DNA of 64,000 nucleotides, from assembly GCA_963702475.1 (NCBI GenBank), contig CAVPCT010000003.1, positions 544,001 to 608,000 of the forward strand. The letters are read 5' to 3'. The translations under genes were made by a program, and so were the position numbers. This stretch comes from an uncultured Thermoleophilia bacterium. GTDB taxonomy: Bacteria; Actinomycetota; Thermoleophilia; UBA2241. Shown in pieces: positions 19,881-28,540 of the stretch. Under the pieces are notes generated by a model. That model worked only from the letters and a program-made list of their open reading frames with translations. It had not been told where the DNA came from and searched no databases. How positions within the stretch are numbered: position 1 is the stretch's first letter; the number at the start of each line of letters is the position of its first letter.

Positions 19881-20018
19881 CTCCTTTCCAAGCACGGGGA
19901 GGTCGAGGCGTTTCCACCCCGGCCCACGGCGGCGACACCTCGCCGCCCCACGGTCTTTCCGTGGTACGGCCCGGCGCCCGTAGCAGGCGGGCTGCCGTAG
20001 GGCGAAGGGCTTGGAGTC
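19881..20018 (-). ncRNA. Moco (molybdenum cofactor) riboswitch
   Basis: Minus strand CUCCAAGC...CCUACG...CUACGG...GGCCG...GGAAA...GGGGUGGAAACGCCUC...CCUCCCCGUGCUUGGAAAGGAG; UCCAAGC/GCUUGGA P1 pairing abuts the modA SD; matches the recalled Moco RNA consensus. Confidence 0.8.
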
Positions 20019-20106
20019 GGACGGGCAGAAGGGTAGCACGGTGGTCGGCGGGTGTGCCAGTCGGCCGGCGGCCTTGTGGCCGGGGCCGCGAGGCCCGCGG
20101 GGACAC

Positions 20107-21243
20107 CTACCGGTCGAAGCCGGCGAGATCGAAGCGCCGGACCAGGTACTCGGCCAGGGCCGGCACCTCGTCGCGGGCGAAGCGGTGGTGGTGTGGCAGG
20201 TCCTCATCGGTGACGAGCGCCAGGGTGACCTGCGCGTCGAGCAGCGGGGCCTCACGGCCCTCGCCGGGGCTGAAGACCTCCACGACCCAGGGCGTCTCGT
20301 GGCGGTACCCTTCGCACACCACGACGTCGTAGGAGCTGAAGTAGCGCGAGACGATCCTGTGCAGGCTGGGCTCGCCGGTCAGGTCGCTGACGAAGGCGAA
20401 CCGCGATGCCGATCCGACGGCGTAGGCGTGCGCGCCGGCCTGGCTGTGACGCCACGAGTCCTTGCCCGGAGTGTCGATGTCGAAGCGTGCCACGCGCTTG
20501 ATGGCTGCCACGCTGAGGCCGCGGCGCGTGAGCTCCGGGATGAGCCTCTCGACGAGTGTCGTCTTGCCGCTCCCCGAGCGGCCGACGACGCCGAGCACGA
20601 GCGGCCCGGAGCCCGTGGCGCCGGGTCCGGCGGCCTCGTCCGGCGCCTCGCCGGCGAGGCGCCGCGCCTCGGCCCAGTCGCCCGGCGTGTTGACGTTGAA
20701 GAACGGCGCCGGGTCGGCGAACGGGATCCGGCGCACCCGCACCAGCGGGAAGAGATCGAGGATGCTGTGCGCGCCGGCGGCCAGCAGCGCCTCGATGTGC
20801 GGCAGGCAGCCAGGCGCATACACGGCGTGCAGCGGCTCCCAGTGGTCGCCGACGACCGGCGTCGCGACGTCCACGCCGGCGGCCTCGCGAAGCACACGCT
20901 CGACGGCCGAGGTCTGCGGAAACGCCACGTCGGTCGCCAGCGCGAAGAACGGCTCGCCGTACCGCGTGAGCACTGAGGCGATCCCGGCGAGCGGCGAGCC
21001 GGTGACGACGTCGGGCACGACCTCCACGCCTGCCGGCAGGTCCTCCGGCGCCTGTGCGGCGTCTCGCACCGAGAGCGCGACGACAGGGAAGATGCCGCGC
21101 AGGAACGCGAGGTTGCGCTGCAGGAGGGTCTCGCCGCCCAGGCTGAGGCGTCGCTTGTCGCGCCCCAGGCGGCGTGCCTCGCCGCCGGCGAGCAGGGCGG
21201 CGACGCGGATGCCGTACGTGTCGATGCGGGCGGACTGGCTCAC
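20107..21243 (-). CDS. mobA: MobA-MobB fusion (Moco guanylyltransferase plus MobB)
   Basis: N-half LLAGGEARRLGRDK...EPLHAVY...FFNVNTP; C-half GRSGSGKTTL...PGKDSWRH. Confidence 0.9.
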   Translation of the reverse strand: MSQSARIDTYGIRVAALLAGGEARRLGRDKRRLSLGGETLLQRNLAFLRGIFPVVALSVRDAAQAPEDLPAGVEVVPDVVTGSPLAGIASVLTRYGEPFFALATDVAFPQTSAVERVLREAAGVDVATPVVGDHWEPLHAVYAPGCLPHIEALLAAGAHSILDLFPLVRVRRIPFADPAPFFNVNTPGDWAEARRLAGEAPDEAAGPGATGSGPLVLGVVGRSGSGKTTLVERLIPELTRRGLSVAAIKRVARFDIDTPGKDSWRHSQAGAHAYAVGSASRFAFVSDLTGEPSLHRIVSRYFSSYDVVVCEGYRHETPWVVEVFSPGEGREAPLLDAQVTLALVTDEDLPHHHRFARDEVPALAEYLVRRFDLAGFDR

Positions 21244-21416
21244 GGTCCCCGCAGTCTAGCCTACGACGCACCGGCGTCGCGCCCGGCCGGGCGGTTCCCC
21301 CGTTGTGCGGACCCGAACGCATGCATCGCCGCGCTCGGCCGGCCGGTCCGCACGTGCCTCCGCCTCCGCCCCTGCCGTATGATGCGGTCAGGGCACGGAG
21401 CGACGGAGGAGGAATC

Positions 21417-21704
21417 GTGGCGCTGCTCATCATCAACCACGTCGTCGGCAACTACGAGACGTTCAAGGAAGTCTTCCTGGACGACGAGGAGCGCCGCAGG
21501 CGCCTGGGCTCGAAGGGTGCGCGAGTGTACCGCATCGCCGGCGAGCCCAACAACATCCGCGTCGTGCTCGAGTTCGACACGGTCGAGCAGGCCCACGAGC
21601 ACGCCGAGGGCCTTGAGTTGCACGAAGCCATCAAGTGGGCCACCGGTAACGTGTCCATGCCGCGCTTCGAGGTGCTCGAGCACATCATGGACACCGAGGC
21701 CTGA
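21417..21704 (+). CDS. Small dimeric alpha/beta-barrel-like hypothetical protein
   Basis: GGAGG SD, GTG start, typical codon usage (LIINHVVGNYETFKEVF...VVLEFDTVEQA); hairpin follows. Confidence 0.7.
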   Translation: MALLIINHVVGNYETFKEVFLDDEERRRRLGSKGARVYRIAGEPNNIRVVLEFDTVEQAHEHAEGLELHEAIKWATGNVSMPRFEVLEHIMDTEA

Positions 21705-21735
21705 GCGGGTCTCTCACGCCGGCTTTCGCGTCCTC

Positions 21736-21774
21736 GCGCGGCGCCGGGGTCCCGCTGGGACCCCGGCGCCGCGC
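21736..21774 (+). terminator. GC-rich hairpin
   Basis: gcgcggcgccggggtccc-gct-gggaccccggcgccgcgc, 18-bp stem. Confidence 0.55.
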
Positions 21775-21790
21775 TCGCGTCGGGTAGCAG

Positions 21791-21855
21791 TTGACTCTCC
21801 GCCCCGCGCCGGTAGGATTCCCATAGTGCGGACAGCCGATTCCGCATGCCGGAAC
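21791..21855 (+). promoter_or_regulatory. Promoter with tandem IclR-type operator
   Basis: TTGACT-N16-TAGGAT, then cccatagtgcggac and ttccgcatgccggaac. Confidence 0.7.
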
Positions 21856-21913
21856 ACCAGCGGGCGTCCGCCGTGGGCGCTCTCCATCCCAACGACCAGG
21901 CGGAGGTCACGGT

Positions 21914-24518
21914 ATGGGTCATACGCAGAGGATGACGAACGCCACCACCGGCGGTCCCCTCTTCGTCGACGTGGAGGACGGGAAGATCGTGCGCATGTTC
22001 CCGATCGACCTCGACGAGGAGGACAAGGGCGACTGGGTGATCGAGGCGCGGGGCAGGAAGTTCAGCCCCCCGCGCCGCACCACGCTCTCCCCGCACGCGC
22101 AGGCGCAGCGCTCTATGGTCTACTCGCCGAACCGGATCCTGTACCCGATGAAGCGTGTGGACTGGGACCCGGAGGGCGAGCGCAACATCCAGAACCGCGG
22201 CGTGAGCGGCTACGAGCGCATCAGCTGGGACGAGGCCCTCGACCTGGTCACCACCGAGCTCGTCCGCGAGAAGCGCGAGAACGGTCCCGGATCCATCCTC
22301 ACCACCTGCAGCTCGCACCACCTGTGGGGCAACCTGGGCTACCGGCACAGCGCCTACTACAGGTTCCTGAACCTCATGGGCATGGTCCACACGGCCCACA
22401 ACCCGGACAGCTGGGAAGGCTGGCACTGGGGCGCCATGCCCATGTGGGGCAACTCGCACCGCCTCGGGATCCCGGAGCAGTACGACCTCCTCGAGGACGC
22501 CCTCAAGCACACCGAGATGATCGTGTTCTGGTCGTCCGATCCGGAGTCCACCGGCGGCGGCATCTACAGTGCCTTCGAGAGCACTTCACGGCGCTACTGG
22601 ATGAAGGAGCTCGGCATCAAGATGGTGTTCGTCGACCCGTACTACAACCCGACCGCCGAGCTGTTCAGCGACAAGTGGTTCGCACCGCGCCTGGGCACCG
22701 ACGTCGCCTTCGGCCTCGGCATCGCCCACGTGTGGCTGGCCGAGGACCTGTACGACAAGGAGTACGTGGCCGCGCGCACCCACGGGTTCGACGAGTGGAA
22801 GGACTACGTCCTCGGGCAAGACGGACAACGTGCCGAAGACGCCGGAGTGGGCCGAGACCGAGACCGGCGTCCCCGCCCGCCAGATCCGCGCCCTGGCCCG
22901 CGAGTGGGGCACGAAGAAGACCATGCTCGCCGCCGGCGGCCTGGGCGGCTGGGGCGGTGCCTGCCGCTCCGCCACCGGCAACGAGTGGGCGCGCACCATG
23001 GTCGCCCTGGCCGCCATGCAGGGCTACGGCAAGCCGGGCGTCAACATCTGGGGCACCTCGCAGGGGGCGCCGTCGGACTGCGCCTTCGTCTTTCCCGGCT
23101 ACGCCGAGGGCGGCATGTCCGGCGACCCTGAGAAGTCGGCGGCGGCCTACCGCATGCTCTACCGCCTGTTCGCCCACGACACCGGCCTGCATCCCACGGT
23201 GAACGCGCACGACTCCACCGAGGGCATAGCCGTCCCGCGCCTGCGCATCCCCGAGGCGATGATGCACGAGAAGTTCGAGTGGCGCGGCAAGGGCTTCTGC
23301 GGTCCCAGCATCCAGAGCCAGATGCAGAAGTACGAGTACCCGGCCCCGGGTTACCCCTTCGTGACCATGTACTGGCGCTACGGCGGCTCGTTCTTCGGCA
23401 CCATGCAGCAGACCAACCGCTACGTGAAGGCGTACCGCGAGGGCGGCGTGCGCACCGTGGTCAACCAGTCCATCTGGATGGAGGGCGAGGCCAAGTACGC
23501 CGACATCATCCTGCCGGCCTGCACCAATTTCGAGCGCTGGGACATGAGCGAGTTCGGCAACTGCTCGGGCTACATCCCGGACAACCACAACCAGACCAAC
23601 CACCGCGTGATCGTCTTCCAGAAGAAGTGCATCGAGCCGCTCGGCGAGAGCAAGTCGGACTACGACATCTTCGCCGCCGTGGCCGGGCGCATGGGCCTGG
23701 GCGACGTGTTCACCGAGGGCGGCATGGACGAGTACGACTGGTGCCGCGCCTACTTCGACGCCACCGACCTCCCGAAGATCACCACCTGGGAGCGGTTCGA
23801 GAAGAAGGGCTACGTGGTGGTGCCCTTCCCCGACGACTACAAGAGCACGCCGGCCATGCGCTGGTTCGCCGAGGGCCGCAAGCGCGACACCCCGGACTGG
23901 GGCCCGCGCCCGGGCGACACGGTGGGCTTCCACGGCCTGCAGACGCCGTCCGGCAAGATCGAGTTCGTGAGCAAGACGCTCCAGAACTTCGAGCTGACGG
24001 TCAAGGACCCCGAGCGGCCGGCCATGGGCCCGCAGTTCATCCCCAGCTGGGAGGGCCACCACACCACCGAGCTGTACGACAGGTACCCGCTGCAGATGGT
24101 GAGCCCGCACCCGCGCTTCAGCTTCCACACCATGGGCGACTCCAAGGGCACGTGGCTGAACGAGGTCGACGAGCACCGCATCCTGCACGACGACGGCCAC
24201 CGCTACTGGATCATCCGGCTCAACTCCAAGGACGCGGAGGCGCGCGGCCTCGCCGACGGCGACCTCGTGCGCGCCTACAACGACCGCGGCGAGGTCATCC
24301 TGCACGTCCAGCTGACGGAACGGGTGGCCCCCGGTACGGTACACTCCTACGAGAGCTGCGCCGACTACCTGCCCACCGGCGAGCCGGGGGCGTCGGCCGA
24401 CGTGGCCGGGTGCGTGAACATCCTGACCAGCAAACGGTTCATCACGCCGACGTCCAACGCAATGTCGAACAACTCCTGCCTCATCCAGGTCGAGAAGTGG
24501 GAGGGGAAGGCCTCATGA
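21914..24518 (+). CDS. athL: Pyrogallol-phloroglucinol transhydroxylase large subunit (paralog 2, canonical); +1 frameshift near 22815
   Basis: TNATTGGPLFV, SSHHLWGNLGYRHS, HNPDSWEGWHWG, FPGYAEGG, NCSGYIPDN, RKRDTPDWGPR closely match recalled Pelobacter acidigallici AthL; removing one G in ctcgggcaag restores YVLGKTDNVPKT. Confidence 0.88.
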
Positions 24519-25348
24519 AGAGCTGGCACATGACCATCGACGTGGAGCGCTGCCACGACTGCAACGACTGCTTTCTCGCCGACAAGGACGAGTTCGTCGG
24601 CAACGACTTCCCGCCCTACTCGGCCCCCCAGCCCTGGCACGGCCACCGCTGGATGAACATCAAGCGCAAGGAGCGCGGCCAGTACCCCATCGTGCAGACT
24701 GCCTACCTGCCGACGCCGTGCATGCACTGCGACGCGGCGCCGTGCCTCACCGCCGACGGCGCCGTGCACAAGCGCGCGGACGGCCTCGTCATCATCGACC
24801 CGGTCAAGGCCAAGGGCCGCAAGGAGATCGTCGCGAGCTGCCCCTACAGCGTCATCTACTGGAACGACGAGCTCGAGCTGCCGCAGAAGTGCACCGGCTG
24901 CGCCCACCTGCTCGACGACGGCTGGACCGAGACGCGTTGCAGCCAGGTGTGCCCCACGGAGGCGATCAAGTACGTCTCCTGCGAGGAGGCCGAGTTCGAC
25001 GCGCTCGTGGCCGCCGAGGGCCTCGAGCGCTACCGCGGCAACCTCGGCACCCAGCCGCGCGTCTGGTACAAGAACCTGCACCGCTGGGAGAAGGCCTTCG
25101 TGGCCGCCAGCGTGGTCCGCGGCGACGACGACGAGTGCGCCGAGGGCGCGACCATGAGCGTGGCCCGCGGCGGCCAGGCCTGCGGCGAGGCCGCCGCCGA
25201 CCTCTTCGGCGAGGTGCTCGTCGACAAGCTCGCGCCGGGCGCCGAGTACGACGTCACCATCACGCTCGACGGCTACGAGCCGGCGCAGTGCACGGTGACG
25301 CTGGAGAAGAGCCTCAACCTCGGGACGATCACCCTGGCCGAGGCCTGA
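24515..25348 (+). CDS. bthL: Pyrogallol transhydroxylase small subunit
   Basis: GHRWMNIKRKERGQYP, PTPCMHCDAAPC, IDPVKAKGRKEI, QKCTGCAHLLDD, PRVWYKNL; ATGA overlap with athL. Confidence 0.9.
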   Translation: MKSWHMTIDVERCHDCNDCFLADKDEFVGNDFPPYSAPQPWHGHRWMNIKRKERGQYPIVQTAYLPTPCMHCDAAPCLTADGAVHKRADGLVIIDPVKAKGRKEIVASCPYSVIYWNDELELPQKCTGCAHLLDDGWTETRCSQVCPTEAIKYVSCEEAEFDALVAAEGLERYRGNLGTQPRVWYKNLHRWEKAFVAASVVRGDDDECAEGATMSVARGGQACGEAAADLFGEVLVDKLAPGAEYDVTITLDGYEPAQCTVTLEKSLNLGTITLAEA

Positions 25349-25549
25349 GAGGGTGCGGGCGCGGGGCCGGCCCGGCGCCCGCACCCACAGGCCGGTGGCG
25401 GTCGGTGACGCCGCGACGGTCGCCCGTGCCTTCGGTCTGACGCCGCCGCCGCTCCCTCTCGTCCCCGGCGACGGCGACACCACGGAGTGGTTCGGCCGCG
25501 GGACCGGCGTTGGGCGAGGCGGGGCGATGGCAGCGATGCGGGCGGGTCC

Positions 25550-25616
25550 TTGACGCGGTACTCACCCGTCCGTAGCATCGCGCCCGTATGATGAGCTGTA
25601 CGTCCGCATTATGGAC
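25550..25616 (+). promoter_or_regulatory. Promoter with tandem IclR-type operator
   Basis: TTGACG-N17-TAGCAT, then gcccgtatgatgagc and gtccgcattatggac. Confidence 0.65.
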
Positions 25617-25724
25617 GCATGCCGGTCCCGATGGCCCCGTCACGGTCTGCGCGCAGGCGGCTGCGCGGCGCACGACCGGACGGGGCGCAGGATGCGCGCC
25701 CGCGCGACGCGAGGAGAAGACGGA

Positions 25725-26528
25725 GTGAGCGATACGAGGACCGAGGGCAGCCGGGCCAACCCGCCCGAGCGGCGCATGGGCGTGCAGGTCATCGCCCGCG
25801 CCGCCGAGATCTGCCGCGAGCTGGCGACCGCGGTCGACGGGCTCACCACCGTGGAGCTGGCGGAGCGGCTCGGCCTGTCGCGCCCGACGGTCTACCGCAT
25901 CCTGAGGGCTCTGGCGGACGAGGACTTCGTGCGCGAGTTGTCGCGCGGCCGCTACGCCGTCGGGCCGGCGTTCCTCGTCATCGGCGGGTCGACCTACGGT
26001 GGGCTCCGCCACGACATGCGTCCGTTCATGCGGGAGCTCTCCAACGAACTGGGCGAGACGATCGACCTGGCCATGCTCGACAACGGCGAGGCGCTGTTCG
26101 TCGACCAGTTCGTCTCCGTGCGCGGCCTTCGCGTGGTCGCCCACATGGGCGCGCGGCTGCCGCTCCACTGCACCGCGAGCGGCAAGGCGCTGCTCGCGGC
26201 GCTGGAGCCCGACGAGGTCGGCCGGGCGCTCGCCGAACGCCTGAGCGTGTTCACGCCCAACACCGTCACCGACAAGGCCGTGTTGTTCCAGGAGCTCGGC
26301 CGCGTGCGCGCCGAGGGCGTGGCCTACGACTACGAGGAGTACGTGATGGGCGTGTGCGCCGTGGCGACGCCCGTGACGGACGCCGTGGGGGCCGTGGCCG
26401 CACTCACGGTCGAGGTGCCGGCGGCGCGCTTCCGCGGCAGCGAGGAGCGCATCGTCGATGCCCTGCTGCGCTGCCGGACGCAGGCGCACCGCGCCCTGCT
26501 CGGCTCAGAGCAGCCACATCCGGCCTGA
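25725..26528 (+). CDS. IclR family transcriptional regulator 1
   Basis: VQVIARA, HTH LSRPTVYRIL, GETIDLA, PLHCTASGKALLA. Confidence 0.92.
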   Translation: MSDTRTEGSRANPPERRMGVQVIARAAEICRELATAVDGLTTVELAERLGLSRPTVYRILRALADEDFVRELSRGRYAVGPAFLVIGGSTYGGLRHDMRPFMRELSNELGETIDLAMLDNGEALFVDQFVSVRGLRVVAHMGARLPLHCTASGKALLAALEPDEVGRALAERLSVFTPNTVTDKAVLFQELGRVRAEGVAYDYEEYVMGVCAVATPVTDAVGAVAALTVEVPAARFRGSEERIVDALLRCRTQAHRALLGSEQPHPA

Positions 26529-26636
26529 CGGCCGCCCGCCCGCGCGCTCAGGTCGGCCGGCGACCGCGGGCCCGGCGCCGGCCGCCATCGCCGGCGCTCC
26601 TGCTGTTGCCCACCCGCGCGCTCCACTCACAGGTGC

Positions 26637-26703
26637 TTGACCGACCGGTTCCGGCGTCTTAGTATTCCGTCCACAATGTGAGCGATATGTCCGCATTGTG
26701 AGC
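26637..26703 (+). promoter_or_regulatory. Promoter with tandem IclR-type operator
   Basis: TTGACC-N17-TAGTAT, then near-identical repeats gtccacaatgtgagc and gtccgcattgtgagc 20 bp apart. Confidence 0.65.
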
Positions 26704-26731
26704 TGTGACTCACTACCAAGGGGGACCACGG

Positions 26732-28111
26732 ATGGCTTCTGAGTACGACATGGGCACGTCCCGCCTCGTCACGCGGCGCGACTTCCTGAGGACCGGCGTG
26801 CTCGCCGGCGCCGCGCTCGGCGTAGGGGGCGCCCTGACCGGTTCGCTCGCCGCTTGCGGCACCGTGAGCGAGGACTCGGGTGGCACCAGCAGCGGGAGCA
26901 GCTCCGGCGCCGAGGGCCGCGAGCTCAAGATCGGTTTCGTCACGCCGCTCACCGGGCCGCTCGCCTCGTTCGGCATTCCGGACGCGTGGTGCGTGAAGCA
27001 GTGGGAGGCCGCCGTCGCGGACGGCCTCAAGTGCGGCGACGGCCAGGTCCACCCCATCAAGTTCATCGTGAAGGACACACAGTCGGACACCAACCGCGCC
27101 GCGCAGGTGACCGGCGACCTCATCACCAACGACGGCTGCGACATCATCATGGCGGCTTCCACAGCCGACACCGTGCCGCCGGTGGCCGACACGTGCGAGG
27201 CCATGGCCGAGCCGTGCGTCACCAACGACTGCCCGTGGCAGGCGTACTTCTTCGGCCGCGGCGGCGACCCCGCCGTGGGCTTCGAGTGGACCTATCACAG
27301 CTGGTGGGGACTGGAGGGAATCACCGCGACGTTCGTCTCCATGTGGGACTCGATCAAGACCAACAAGAAGGTCGCCGAGATGTGGCCCAACGACGGCGAC
27401 GGCCTCGCCTGGGCCGATGAGAAGACGGGCCAGCCGCCGGTCCTCAAGGCCGGCGGCTACACCATCATCGACGGCGGCCGCTACCAGGACCTCACCGACG
27501 ACTTCACGCCGCAGATCGCGAAGTTCAAGGCGGCCGGCGCCGAGATCCTGAGCGGCGTCATGCTGCCCCCCGACTTCACCAACTTCTGGAAGCAGTCGCT
27601 GCAGCAGGGCTTCAATCCCACCATCGCCACCGTGGGCAAGGCGCTCCTGTTTCCGCAGTCGCTGGAGGCGCTCGGCGACGTCGGCTACAACCTCTCCAGC
27701 GAGTGCTGGTGGTCGCCGAACCACCCGTTCAAGTCCTCGCTGACCGGCCAGACCTGCAAAGAGATCGCCGACCAGTACGAGGCGGACAACAGCGCGCAGT
27801 GGACGCAGCCGATCCTGCACTACGCCATCTTCGAGGTCGTCGCCGACGCCCTCAAGCGCGCGACGAACGTGGACGACAAGGCCGTCATCCGCGACGCCGT
27901 CGCCTCCACCGACATGGAGACCATCGGCGGCCGCATCACGTGGGACAGCGGTGACAAGGCGCTCAACCCGGTCCCGAACGTCTGCACCACCCCCATCACC
28001 GGCGGCCAGTGGGTCAAGGGCGAGAAGTACCCGTACGACCTGGTGGTAGTGAACAACTCGCAGGCTCCCGAAGTCCCGGTACAGGCCGAGCTGCAGCCGC
28101 TCCAGTACTGA
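26732..28111 (+). CDS. Liv-type ABC substrate-binding Tat lipoprotein 1
   Basis: TRRDFL Tat motif, LAAC lipobox, KIGFVTPLTGPLA, PBP1 fold signature. Confidence 0.9.
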   Translation: MASEYDMGTSRLVTRRDFLRTGVLAGAALGVGGALTGSLAACGTVSEDSGGTSSGSSSGAEGRELKIGFVTPLTGPLASFGIPDAWCVKQWEAAVADGLKCGDGQVHPIKFIVKDTQSDTNRAAQVTGDLITNDGCDIIMAASTADTVPPVADTCEAMAEPCVTNDCPWQAYFFGRGGDPAVGFEWTYHSWWGLEGITATFVSMWDSIKTNKKVAEMWPNDGDGLAWADEKTGQPPVLKAGGYTIIDGGRYQDLTDDFTPQIAKFKAAGAEILSGVMLPPDFTNFWKQSLQQGFNPTIATVGKALLFPQSLEALGDVGYNLSSECWWSPNHPFKSSLTGQTCKEIADQYEADNSAQWTQPILHYAIFEVVADALKRATNVDDKAVIRDAVASTDMETIGGRITWDSGDKALNPVPNVCTTPITGGQWVKGEKYPYDLVVVNNSQAPEVPVQAELQPLQY

Positions 28112-28179
28112 GCTGCGCAGCAGGCTCAACGTGAGGTGCGCCGCAAGGTACACCGCACACTGAGCACAGCACAGAGACC

Positions 28180-28210
28180 GGGGCGGGCGGGCCCTTCGCC
28201 CGCCCGCCCC
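28180..28210 (+). terminator. Hairpin after binding-protein gene
   Basis: ggggcgggcgggc-ccttc-gcccgcccgcccc. Confidence 0.55.
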
Positions 28211-28422
28211 GGTCCGTCACCTCCGGTCGCCTGCGGCGCACCCCCTGCGCCGCGGCCCGTGACCGCCCATGGGCTCGGCGGCCGCGAGGTACGCGAGGGG
28301 CGCCGTCCTTCCCACGGGACGGCGCCCCTCTTCTTGGCGGCCGACCCGCTCGACGCGGCCTGCGGGCACTCGTGGGCGCCGCACGCATCCTCCCGAGCAT
28401 CGCGCAGGTGCTCTGCGACCGC

Positions 28423-28488
28423 TTGACCCTGTCCGTGCGCCTGCGCTATCGTTCTATTCAGCGGAATGATAGTTCCGATATTCGGAAC
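28423..28488 (+). promoter_or_regulatory. Promoter with tandem IclR-type operator
   Basis: TTGACC-N18-TATCGT, then gttctattcagcggaat and GTTCCG-atatt-CGGAAC (28472-28488; perfectly inverted arms). Confidence 0.72.
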
Positions 28489-28540
28489 GAAACGGCGGAT
28501 CCGCAGCGATCCCGCCACGGCTTCAGGCGAGGAGGCGGAC

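Noticed and set aside
22810-22830. Programmed frameshifting in athL and in paralog 3 (29039/29058)
   Set aside because: No slippery heptamer or stimulatory structure; single extra Gs in short runs fit sequencing error better.
23279-25348. 689-aa ORF suggesting a large fusion to bthL
   Set aside because: The upstream part is an off-frame reading of athL; the real start is ATG 24515, overlapping the athL stop.
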